A DNA stretch of 64,000 bases from Hormiphora californensis (taxonomy: Eukaryota > Animalia > Ctenophora): assembly GCA_020137815.1 (NCBI GenBank), contig CM035358.1, positions 7,440,001 through 7,504,000 on the forward strand, written 5' to 3'. The first letter of the stretch is position 1. Every line of letters begins with the position of its first letter. A model generated the notes under the pieces. It was not told where the DNA came from, did no database searches, and worked only from the letters and a program-made list of their open reading frames with translations. This document shows positions 1 through 13,000 of the stretch, in pieces. A program made the position numbers and the translations under genes.

Positions 1-443
1 TAAATGGTCTCATTACATTATGGTGTCTAGGTATCGCGGTGGTCGAATATTAATTTCATTTATCTAACCGTGGCATGTGTTTATATTTTGCGCTTTCGGG
101 GTATCTCATAATATCTTCTCATATTGTATGTCTGCAAAACAAACAATCCTTCCCCACCTCGTACACATCTAGTCACTAGTCGATCTATCTGCCTGCTAAA
201 CAGATGTTTTTGTCTACACATTCTACCGAACACCAATATTGATTTTCTCTTGTTTAGCTTTGTGGTGTGATCATGGTGTGATCCTTCGAGGTGCGTCGAA
301 TATAATAGGGAGTATGTTGAGTGAGCGTCATTTTGAAAGTAAAGTAACTGTGATATCATCTAGATTGGTCTAAATATTATTATACGCTGCCGGTGCTGCG
401 GTCCATCGTAGTAGAAAGATATCCAGATATCATTTATCTATGT

Positions 444-668
444 TATAATTTCCTGGTATCATGAGCCTATATTGATCCTACGAAGTTTCATTATCTAAGA
501 TAATGCAACGTCTATATTTGCTTGCAAATTTAACATCTTCAAGTGCACAAATAAGAGTGCACATACAGCATACCAGCATAACTGGCTCGATTCGTTCAAT
601 ATAGGCTCATTCCAGTACTGGCTCGATTCGTTACGATCAATATAGGCTCAATATACCAGGAAATTATA
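444..668. mobile_element. Short inverted-repeat element (MITE-like)
   Basis: TATAATTTCCTGGTAT...GAGCCTATATTGATC / GATCAATATAGGCTC...ATACCAGGAAATTATA, with an internal direct repeat ACTGGCTCGATTCGTT. Confidence 0.55.
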
Positions 669-1204
669 CCCTGCATATTATGTGTTTAGAGCAACTTCTA
701 TTATTTACACTGATAAAACCGTGACTAACTCGTGGTTTTAGAACTTGTTGTTACTCAACAAATTAAAACCTAATTTCATCCTCAATTAACTAACGAATGT
801 TACATTTAATTACAATTGTTTTGAATTTGTTCAGCTTGAAGTAGCGAAGCCAATAAGTAGAGAAACTTTAATTCGATGTTTAGGCTTTTTTGCATCAATT
901 CTATGAATCTTATTAAACGGTAGTGTATCGAATTAAACAAAAAGTCAATTTGCATTATTATCTTTTGGTATGCCCTGCCTAGTTTATATGTGAGCATTTA
1001 GTAGCCCTGCACTTTCGGCCTGCTAATTTATACATCGGTCAATGGCCAATGAGTTAACTTTGCTTAAACATGTCAGTGTCACATAATTGTTTGTTCTTAT
1101 TTCGAATTGTGTTTAGTTTGAACCGGTAAAGCCAATAAATAAGAGGGGGCAATTGCAAGGATTATAAAAGAGATAAAAAATGAGAGAGATTGAGATTGAG
1201 AGAA

Positions 1205-1259
<55 letters not shown>

Positions 1260-1455
1260 GAGACAGAGGGAAATAAAAGAAGGCTCTATAAATGAGTTTA
1301 TATAAACGACAGGCAAGTGGCAACTAGGACGTCCATTGTCTGTCTTCTACCCGGAAGTGATAGAGTCCGGGTCACTCTCTCACACACATCACATGATCAG
1401 TAGAATTCTGTGAGGGAAAAGGCATAACAGTAACACGTCATTCATCTATATCGAT

Positions 1456-4400
1456 ATGTTCAATACTCTAGTCGAGGCTGCGAGATATCAAATTAGAAAA
1501 CCTAAATCCAGTAGTAGAAAACGCAAGGTCAGTTTTTAAGGTTGAGAAACTTTTCGTTTTTTAACAAAGGATTGGTGGGTTTCTATTTTTGTTCAGCGGA
1601 GTCACATGGCTCTGTTCTTTATATTCACACTCTTAGTGTTATAGTGTAATGTCAGCACAATAACTCTGCGGGTCTCTATTAAATACTGAGGCTCTTAATT
1701 TTGTCCGTTAAGTCTCTGAATTGGTTATTTGTTATTTTGTTGCAACAAATTTATTCTAGAATTAAACATAAGTAGGCTAGATTATAATTGCCCGTGCCTT
1801 TTTTATTTCTCCCCTTTGGCCTTTACCAAAAGATTAAATTTTATATTGTACTAATATGTAGGGCAGTTCCTGCTCCTTCATAAACCCTTTTACAATTCTA
1901 TCTCTCTCCTCTAGATGCTCCTTCATAAAACCTTTTACATTGCATCATTCTTTCTCGTCTCTAGATGCTCCTTCATAAAACCTTTTACATCTCTCTTTCT
2001 CTCCTCATAGATGCTCCTTCATAAAACATCTCTCTTTCTCTCCTCTAGATGGGTTGGTTTAACGATTTCAAGGAGTTCTCTGACGGGACCACAGCTCACG
2101 GTGTAAAATGGATTTTTCATGGTTCCGTTCACGGCAGCTTCAAGGTTTGAAAAATAATATCATCCAAATAAAACAGAATTTAGTAAAATTGCCCATTGTG
2201 ATCAAATTCCCTGATCGAAATGACTCAAGATATGCATATAACAACCCCTTTCTCCAGCTAATTAAGACGATATTTCTGATTGTGTGGCTAGGGTTCATTG
2301 CCTATGCTCTTTTCACCTGCTGCAACGCGGTCAATAACTACATCAACAAACCAACGGGGACCAAGTTCCAGGTTATTGCGGAGAGCCCTCAAAAGGAAAA
2401 ACCAGCTTCAATTCAATTTCCAACAATTTCAGTGTGCAGTCACAATCAGGTTAGTGAGATCTAATAGCCACTACACCACCACGGATTGGAAGATTTGGGC
2501 TTCCATGCCACTGGGGCCCAATCTCCAAATAATTAGCACGATAATTGGGCTACATTTGTTGTTCATGTTTCATTTCCTGCTCCACACAAACGAAGCATTC
2601 AAACTGTATTTTTCCCTGCAGATTCGACAGTCCTATTTTGACGAGAGTGATGGTTTGGAGGAACTGTGGCAGACACTAGACTATGTGGGACCCAGATGTT
2701 CACAGAGAAACTAAACTTCTCTGATCCGAATAATAGCTTACTCAAAGTGAGTTTGCATGCCGTGAGAATGAATATAACACGTCCTTTCAAAACTAAACGG
2801 ATAAAATGAGAAAGTGTCCTTGGATGACCAAATCTATAAATCAACTCTTTACAGTTCGAGTAAGGGTCACTTACATCTCTTTGATGCTATAGACTTACAA
2901 CTAATAGCACTGTAATTTATATCAGATACTGCAGATAAAACCTTCGAGGAAGTGATCGAAGAGGGAGGGCCTCAGAACTGGACCTTTCTTCAGTGTGAGA
3001 ACTTTATCAACCTCTGCCAGAACATCATCCCCGAGCCAGAGGTCAACTTCTTCAAAAGGGTAAGAACAGTAGCAATCCTAACACCCAACAATTCTTTTCT
3101 TTTTGACAAGTATAAATATTTGATAATAACGGCATTATATTTGATCGACCAACTACTATTTCAACAGGAAGTATCCTTGTCTGGAAACTGTTTCCGAATC
3201 AACCCTAATGGTATACTCCGAGGGAAAGGAGGGGACTATGGAAAAATGCAGCTCATGTTCTTCGCGGATCTAAACGAATACAGGTAAATCAGTCAGAATA
3301 AAGGACAAAGGTAAGTGAGAACACAGGAACCTAAACCAGAATACTTATACTCTGCAAGGTTTGAAACCGCCAATTCGAGTTGTACAATAATGAGAATCAT
3401 AACCTAGAGCACATATATCGTCTAATCAAGTCCTAAAACACTTCCTGCAGTGACATATTTAAAGCACTTATTATCCTGCAGTGACATGACGAGAAGGGAA
3501 CCTCAGTACGGATACACAGTAGTGTTTCACGATCACGAGTCCTACTCCAGCACCATCCCATCCGGGTTCTGGTTGAGTCCTGGGAGCATCTACAAAGCAG
3601 ATCTGAGCCTGAGTCAGGAGTTCAGAGAGGGTCCACCCGCTGGAACCTGTGATCCTACACGGGTCAACAACACATATGGAAGGTAAGGGAGCTACCGGGG
3701 GGGGGGGGGGGTAGTTGCCTAGCAACATAGGGGGACGTCTGCTGTGCCAACCTTGAAGGGCTTAATGTTTTGATACCAGTATCAAAACAGTAACTGACTT
3801 TATTCTCCATGTAGGTACGAGGAGAACAGCTGCATAGCCCAGTGTCGAGACGATGCTTTAATGAAAGAGTGTGGGTGTGTTCACGTAGCACCTCCTCTAC
3901 CCGGTAACGAACCTGACAAAGACTACCGGGGATGCACTCTGGAGGAATGGGCCAGTTGTGGCCTGAGAGCCTACAAAAACTGGGGTAAGTATTCGGAATA
4001 CTTGAAGATTTTCAAACTTTTGAATTTGTAATTGTAACATTCGAGTTAACCATTCAAGTAGCCGGCAGTCTTGGCGGCCCAATCTTTGAAATAACTCGAA
4101 TGTTCTCAGTCTTATCGGCCCAATCTTTGTTATAACTCTAATATATTCGAGTTAACCGGTTAATTCGAGTAGCCGGATTCCTGTATCCTCACTCTAAGCG
4201 GCCCAATCTTGGTAATAACTCGAATGTTCTCAGTCTTGGCGGCCCAATCTTTGTAATAACTCACTCTAAGCGGCCCAACGCTTCATAAAAACTCGAATGT
4301 TCTCAGTTGTGAAGTACTCGGACGTGAACCGTGTCTCAATGGGTTGTAACTGTCCTCCAACGTGTTTTGAAACAGAGTACAAGGCCCAGATCAGCAGCTC

Positions 4401-5190
4401 TTCACTTAGCAAGTAAGATATATTGAGTCATCAAAAGAATTAGCAAAATATCTGTAGTGTATTTTTAAAGCAAACTCATTTTCAGTTAGTTCAATAGTTA
4501 ATCCATTACTTAATAAAACATATAATACCAAACTTAGAATTTCGCTATTTCAGGTTCTACGCGGAGCAAAAAGTACAAAGACTACCACCGGGTTACAACA
4601 CCACCCAAGACGTGATGGAGAACCTCCTGATTATTGATATTCTCTTCACCAGCATGCAGGTCTCGGAAATCAGGGAGATTGTTACTTATGGATGGGCCAA
4701 CTTCCTCGGTAAGTGGTCGTTCAACTCAGAAGGGGAGGGGGGATTTGGACTTCAGCCCTACTGACTGTAAATTGTTTTGTTCGGTTTCGTGAATTGAGAA
4801 CTTACGGTACAACCAGTTTGCAATGATTTCTGATATAACTCACTATCTAACCCTACAATTAACTCCAAACTCACGCCCACATAACCTCTAAACTAACCTC
4901 TAAACTCACTATATTTACCAGGTGATGTGGGTGGTGTGCTGGGGTTGTTCCTGGGAGCCTCCACCCCCTCACTCCACCCCCCCCCCCCCGCTCACTCCAC
5001 CCTAGCCTCTAACCTCCCACTATTTACAGGTGATGTGGGTGGTGTGCTGGGGTTGTTCCTGGGTGCCTCCATTTTCACCATCATGGAATTCATACAGTTC
5101 TTTATCCTGGCTATTTGGGACACGCTGTGTGGGCTACCTGGCAGGGGTGGAAAGAGGACTCCTTCTGTAGAGGGCATGAACCTCACTTAG
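1456..5190 (+). CDS. DEG/ENaC (ASIC-like) amiloride-sensitive sodium channel subunit, paralogue 1, ~11 exons
   Basis: Manual GT-AG splicing gives exons 1456-1527 (tentative; ATG 2049 is an alternative start), 2049-2144 (FSDGTTAHGV, HG gating motif), 2258-2449 (TM1, FPTISVCSHN), 2622-2746, 2926-3059, 3168-3283 (GNCFRIN), 3482-3682, 3815-3984 and 4307-4412 (Cys-rich thumb, CNCPPTC), 4554-4708 and 5030-5190 (GDVGGVLGLFLGAS, TM2/selectivity filter). Small indels break the frame around 2680-2930, probably consensus errors. Confidence 0.93.
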
Positions 5191-6494
5191 AGAGTAAACA
5201 ATGAACATTAATTAGGGAGAGACAGTTTGAGACAGTCAGAGGGAGAGAGACAGTTTGAGAGACAGTCAGAGATATTGAATATTTAGAGAGAGACGGTTTT
5301 CAGATTTGTGGCCATGTGTATTATAGCGTTTATACTTACATATGATAACATTTGCATGAATTTGCGTGGTTAATACACGTATCGTGTGTCCTTGTGCATG
5401 ATTTGGGAGAATAAGAAGTGAGGAGGTCAATATTTCACATTGAGCTTGATGTATTGACGCAGAATTGTTCTGTATATTTTAGTCAGAATTTAAACCCAAT
5501 AACCCTAACAAGCTGCATTTGTCAAGTATACGCCATCCAGTACGGAACCTGTCTAAATTAAAATTCGGGCTGTCAACAACCCTGGTGACAGGTGCAGGTG
5601 CAGCAGTTCTATCTAACCACAATGCACTGCTGCAGCTATCCATGCAGTTAGACAGACAGGGCTGTTCTATGAACACGGCGGCCTGATGGTTGTCGACACT
5701 AAACGACTTGTACCGTGTGGTACTTGTCAGAGCATTGCAGCCTGACAGTTTAGTACTGCAGTAATATGGTGGCAATTGGCGGAATTTTGGAATGACATAC
5801 CCAGGGAAAGCTAAAGGAAGGTTTCCTCAGTCCTGTACTATTACATTCGTGCCTCGGTATACTCTATTTCCCTTGCCTTCCCGCTTCCGATTCGAGTTCA
5901 CCTCACAGAAGTTGTGCGGCACAATTTTCATAATCACCTTTGAAAAGATCGAGCGACAGAAAGAGAAAGACTGAGCAGGATCAGAGAGAAAATGAAAAAG
6001 TATGAGAGACGAACGATAGTCGATACTCTATAGCTAGGGTCTAAAAGCCAGGAAAATCTGTCGAGTTAGCCGTGGTACTGTGTTTGTTATAACTGTCTAC
6101 TGACGGTATAGTATGTTTTACCTAGTGGCAGCAATATATGTGTTGGTCAGAATATGAACCAGTACTGATGTGTAATCTCGTAGTGTGTTACTAGCTAGTC
6201 TCGTTGTTGTCAGATATGACTGTCCAGGTTTAACAGTAGCTTTGTTGTAGTTTGTGTTGTTATATACTACTGTTAGGATGTTGTTACTAGGCTCTACAGT
6301 TACAACTCCGACTACTTCCCATTTCTCCCTGTAGCCTTCTTTCTTTCTTCTTTCTTTATCTTTCATAAAGCCTACCACCTATTTCTCACTCTAAAAGTTG
6401 TCAAGTACTCCCCAGCTTCACTCTAGATTATATCCAGGTCAGCTGCTCTTGTCTTCTCTAACCCAAACTATCTTGATATCGTCTTCTTTCTCTT

Positions 6495-6655
<161 letters not shown>

Positions 6656-7023
6656 CCCTTGTTGACAGGCAGGCAAGACAATTAGGTAAGCTGATTGTAC
6701 TGAGGTACGTTGAACAATCAGTATTTGTTGACCTGTCTACGTTTATGGCCCTCCTCCTTCTCCTCCACACCAGTTCATATTTCAGTCCTCCCAGTCACTT
6801 TATATCAGTCCTCCCAGTCACTTTATATCAGTCCTCCCAGTCCTCCCAGTCACTTTATTAAGTCCTCTTTCTTCTTACATCTAGATAAAGTTCTTTTTTA
6901 GAAACATAGTCATTTAGAGTTGAAATTAATCAACCGATTGCTCTTTGATTTGACACTTGAGAGACTAATTGGCTAAAAATAAACATCACGCATAGTTGTT
7001 GATATCTGTAATGTTGCTCTCAA

Positions 7024-10000
7024 ATGGTGCCACAAACGCCGATCAAAGAAAAAGTAAGCAATAAATTTATTAAAAAATCAGACTAAATTTGGTGTTTATA
7101 TTGGATTCATTGCAATTTATTCTCACTTCGCGTATGTAATCGATCTCACTCGCACATGAAAATATTCGTGTATCTTTTCTCTTCTCTATAATATCTATCG
7201 ACTTTTAATTGTTTTATGGATTATTCAAAGTATTATTTTCACCTTTAAATGATAAATTCGGTGTTTTTATGGATTATTCCATTTCACCTTAATTAAATTC
7301 CGTCCAGGGATTTTACGAGGATTTCAAGGAATTTACAACAGAGACAACATCCCATGGAATTCAGTATGTCTTCAACGCAGCATACAGGGTAAGAAATCCT
7401 TACTAATTGGATAATATCATTGATTATATCAATGATTGTAATAATAAGATACTGTGTTTTATTGAAATAAGAATCTAATATGAGTATGATATTTCAAAAT
7501 GAATTTTGATAACAAACGAATTGACCAACATTTTAACATCGACAGTGGGTTCGTCTTATCTACCTTATACTGTGGCTGGCGGCTGTTGTCTATACCATTT
7601 TCATTGTCTTTATCAGCGTTGGGAAATACATCTCCATGGAAACAGGTTGGTAACCAAGGAATGATCTCCATGGAAACAGGTTGGTAACCAAGGAATGATC
7701 CATGAACACAGGTTGGAAAACCAGGAACAGGTTGGTAACCAAGGAATGATCTCCATGGAAACAGGTTGGTACCAAGGAATGATCTCCATGGAAACAGGTT
7801 GGTAACCAAGGAATAATCTCCATGGAAACAGGTTGGTAATCAAGGATGATCTCCATGGAAACAGGTTGGTAACCAAGGAATGATCTCCATGGAAACAGGT
7901 TGGTAACCAAGGATGATCTCCATGGAAAACAGGTTGGTAACCAAGGAATGATGTAATTTTTTCCCCGCCTAGGTGAATGCCGAAGGCATTCACTCAGATG
8001 CCTTTTGCAAAAAGGCATCTAGGTTTAGAATTCGACAATTTTACATACTAGTGAGGTGTCACGGTCACAAACCGGCTGTAACACGCTCAGTTGCGAGGGA
8101 AACGGTGTTGCTCCTTCATCAAATGGTGTATCGAGTCTCACGTGGTTTATAAGAACCTCACAACAGGAACGAAGATCGAGAACTAGTGAAGACGACGGCA
8201 GGGACACTAATAAAGATGCGATAACCCATCCTACGGTGACGGTCTGCCCTCACAACATTGTAAGCACATAACTGTAACATTGTAAGCACTGATTGTGATG
8301 GCGTCATGTTGACCCCATGAGTCAATTGGAACTATGCCGGGCATTATTTTGGCATTATCATTCCTCATTGGAAATTAAATTCGAATATATTCGTGGGTTT
8401 TTAGCAGTACTGGGATCCCCAAATGACTGACCAAATGACTGTGAATTAGTTCCTTCATATAGCTGCAGGTCAGTAAGCGTTCCTGAATGCACAATGAGAC
8501 CTTGAGAACCTGTTGCACACGATCAGGACAACGGAAACCTACGAACTGAACTGGAACACCTCATGGGCAAAGTACGTTGTTGTCATGGTAACCAATAGTT
8601 GGTAACCATGGTTACTACATGGCAACCCTCTCCTGCAGGTATGAGAACTGGACATATCATGACATTATGTGGAAGGGACGACCCAGAATAGGACTTCTTC
8701 AGTGTGAACACTACAGGTATTAACCTTGGTGACATAGAGTCATAGACACCGTGGCGACCAAGATTGAGCTCACACACTATATGTCACCAAGTAATAACCC
8801 ACATTCCAACCCTGAATTCTACAATTCATTTCCACTCGGTGTTCTGAGCTGTCGCGTTGGATGAAAAGGCAGTTCTCACGTTCTTGGCCTCCTCTGGTAA
8901 TCGCTTGCCATTGACCGATACTAATTCTTTGATTCATATCAGACATCTTTGCAACGAAAAGGAGGAGTTTGCTAACCGAACAAGGAAACCGTACCACTGG
9001 GATCCTGAATATGATACACTCTCTCATGACGCCTCCTTCGACTGGGTTAGTGAGACACTATGTAGTATGCAGCCATTTAAATATTGGGTATCATGTGAGA
9101 CATAATTTGTAACGTTTAGATCGCATAAAGGATGAAAACTTAAACTGCATGGGTTGATTTGAGATTTCAATTTGAGTCTAATCAAATCATGCATTACTAT
9201 TATCAATACCACAATCTATTATATCGATCATAGTCTGCAATGGTCATTTGGGAACATGACTATGTTTCATTCAATCTATGCTAATCCAGCTATACTTCTA
9301 GTTCATGTGTTGATTGGACAAGCTATACTTCTCATTTATTAAAGACTAGCGCACCCATTGGGTGCGCCTCAAGTAAGGGCTTTTTGATAACCCACCCGGC
9401 TTCGCCGGGTGCATGGTTCTTTTTGCCCCTTTCAACGTCAATAAAACGGTTGCCATGGCAATTGAATTGGTAACTATGGGGACTGGCATGTTAAAATTGA
9501 TTCGAAAATATCAACAAACTTCCACTGGAAGTTCCAAAAGTGTGAATGACAGTTTACAGCTTTGGGCACATAAATTGTTTTATGAAGGAGCACTGTCGCT
9601 TAGATACCGCCTAACGAACGGCCATCACTTTGACGACGTTCATCTCCAAATTATAATAGAGATTGTCATTTGGGACATTAGAAGTAAAGGGTCCGACTGG
9701 AAATACACAGTCCATTACATATTGCAGGAGTCTCGCTGAGTCTGTTCATTACATGTTGCAGGAAGTTTCACTGAGTGGGAGTTGTTATAGGATTAACCCG
9801 AGGGTCCCTATTTACTCAAGTTGGAGACTATGGAGTGTTAAAAAACTCACTTTCTTTACCGATCTCAATGATTACAGGTTAGAGAAATTTTCTTTCGACC
9901 TTTCTTTTTTCCCCGTGATTATGCGGGCGCTAATGTGACGTGTAGCACCAATATCCACCAGTTGAAATATCTTTGAGGAGTTAATTAATTGTACAAGTAC

Positions 10001-13000
10001 CTGGGCATGATCTTTAATTAATCCTGAAATTGAGTTGGAAATATCTTTGATAGCCATGGCTTTCATTGAAAGTTCTGTAATGCAGTTCTAGACATTTAAT
10101 TTTCTTAACTATGACATGAATTGTAAAAAGAATTAGACAATATTATATGAATTGGTAAAGAGAATTGGTAAAAAGAATTAACAGATAGAATAGACTGAGA
10201 ATGATTAGTGCCATTATTCATGAGAGTGAGTACTGAGATAGACCATTGAACAAGCGTGAATTGCTGCCTAGGCTGAGTGCTAATTGCTTCTCTCCCTCAT
10301 GCTTACTCCAATAAACTCCCTCTCGTTCTACACTTTACTCCAAAATATAGGCTACTGTTATATGGAGCCTATAATACTGTTATAATATGATCCATAACCC
10401 AAATACTATTGATACCTTACTCTCGCTAATTAAGAAACCGCTTTAGGAAGAAATTTTTTTTATAGAACGGGAAATGTGGAAACACATTAATAAATTTTGG
10501 GGTTTCTTAATTTTTGGGTTTCTTATTTTTGGGTTTCTTATTTTTGGGGTTTCTATTTTTGGTTTCTTTTTTTTTAGTTTCTTAATTTTGGTTTCTTATT
10601 TTTTCAGTTTCTTAATAAACGAGAGAGTTTCTTATTTTTAGGGTGTCTAAATTTTGGGGTTTCTTGTAAAAAACATGATAATGAACTACATTAACCGTAG
10701 TATATGCACTAAGCTGCAGGGACACATCATCACACACATCACCCACACACATGATATTGATCAAGCCGAACAACAGGTTATTGAGTCAATCGACCGTTCA
10801 ACGGTACGAGGTGCCATCACTGATTCGTGCAGTTGATCCGAGGATCACGAATTCAATTATTGAATTCTTGTAAAAAAGTTATTATTTAAAGTTTCTTGAA
10901 TATGCGAGCTTAATTAACGAGAGTAAGGTATATTAATTGAAGTAGAATTGACCAACATGGCCAAATCGACCTAGAAATGACCAAATCGACCTAGAAATGG
11001 CCAAATGACTTGTAGACAAGGATGAACAAAGAAACTGCCCACATGGTACTAAACACAACACTTCTGCAGTGCGTTTTCTAAAGAAGGACCCTCAGTATGG
11101 GTACACGGTGGTATTTCACGACAACGGACCTACTCCAGCACCATGACCTCCGGGTTTTATATGAGCCCAGGTAATATGAACATTCAAGACGATATTTGAT
11201 CGTCCGGAGCACGGACACAGTGTCAGGCAACTCAAGACGATATAATAAGACCAGGTAAAGAGAGTGAGACCCGGTAAAGAAGGCGATTCCAGAAGATGAG
11301 ACACCAGCTGTATCATAATACTCTCTCTGCCCCACCCCCCCCTGAGGTATGATACCCGGTCTCGGGGGCCCTGTACCTCTCCTTGTGGTTTCCTGCAGGC
11401 AACGTGTATAAGGCGGACATGAGGAAATTAAAGAGTTCAACATTGACCCCCTACGGGAGGTGCAATCCCCACCTGAAAAGCAATGTTTACGGAACTTATC
11501 CTCAAGCAGGTAAACTGGGAGACAGAGAAAGGAGATGATACAGCAGGTATAACTGATATAAACCGGCTAGAGATCAGATCGAGAAAGATATAATGGTACT
11601 GCAATTTGACATGTACCCCAATGGAAGAACTTTATACTTTATAGGGCAGCCCATGATTTATTTTGTTACCTGCAGTTGTGTAGCATTGACCCCTCACCCC
11701 TGTCTATATCCCGAACAGTTGTGTAGCACGATGCCGTGACAGTATGTGAACGACATGTGTGGGTGTATTCATATCCTCCCTCCCCATCCGGAATACGACC
11801 TGATCTAAACTTTAGGAGCTGTACTCTGAAGGATGGGTCGAATGTGGAGCTAGGGCTACCTTGAATTTTAGTAAGTCATGTCCATGGAAATATATGATCT
11901 AGTGCAAAATCTTTGGTTATTTTCGATCACAATAGTTTTTACCTGTCGAGGGTGTCATCACAAAAAGATGATAATTATTTAAATGGAATCGTTTAGTAAT
12001 TATACATGATAAAGGTTCTTGCTTGTTGAGTAAGGGGGACTCAACAAGTTCTTGCCTAATATGTATATAATAAACGCGAATGAATGCGAGAAAATATAAT
12101 TTCATTTCGTATAAAATATCCCCATCACATACAAGCGTCAAGCATATTTTAAAGTAAAATAGTAAATCCCCTAGTAAATGCATAAGTATAAATAGAATGA
12201 ATCATTTTACTACCATAGATAGATTGATTCATATGACAAATGGTTTCATAATGGTTTCATTATTTCAGCTGATAGATGCAGATGGTAATGGTATATTCAA
12301 AAATAAGTAATAACCAAATTATTTTAAAAATAACTCAACTTCTCAGCGGACCGGTTCGTAGATTTGAAGAGGAAGCTTGTGTGAATGTACTCCTGCTTGC
12401 CAGGAAACTTGGTATGACGCAACAATCAGTAGCAGTCGACTCAGGTACGAGAAGGAGCTGCGAAAAACTTGGTGACATATATACCCTGATAACTTAATAA
12501 CCCGCCGTCCCACTAGCGCGCTCTCAATAAACAGCCAGTCCAGCGGCAGATTATTTCCCACTGGCAGGTTATTTATTTTGAACATTCAAAGTGTGTGTAA
12601 ATGATCAGTTCTTACTAAATACAGAGAGGAACACTATGTGCAACACTTACACACTACATTGGAGAGAAAGAAAAGGACACATTCCGTCAATTACTCTCTC
12701 TTTATCTCCCCTTTTGTTGTCTCACTATCTCTTTCTCTGTGTTATTTGTGACATGCCCCTTATCAGGCTATTTCTTTCACTCTCTTCCTTAGCAACTGCT
12801 TAGTAACTGTTACCAATCAGTGTACACTCAATTGTGACGTGTTTTAACTTTCTCAGTTCTCTTGTGTGTTTTGATAGTGTTCTCTCTCTTGTTGGTGTGT
12901 AATACTTGAAATAAACAACTAAAGCAGGGTATATAACCATAAACTCTGACCACTGGCACGTTATAGGTTTAAACCCCTCCGCCTCTCCCTCGGCTCCGCC

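Noticed and set aside
5479-6400. ORFs between the two ENaC genes
   Set aside because: No recognisable homology or splice structure; possibly a decayed TE.
7459-8018. Overlapping minus-strand ORFs (also at 31356-31807)
   Set aside because: Produced by the 34-bp minisatellite.
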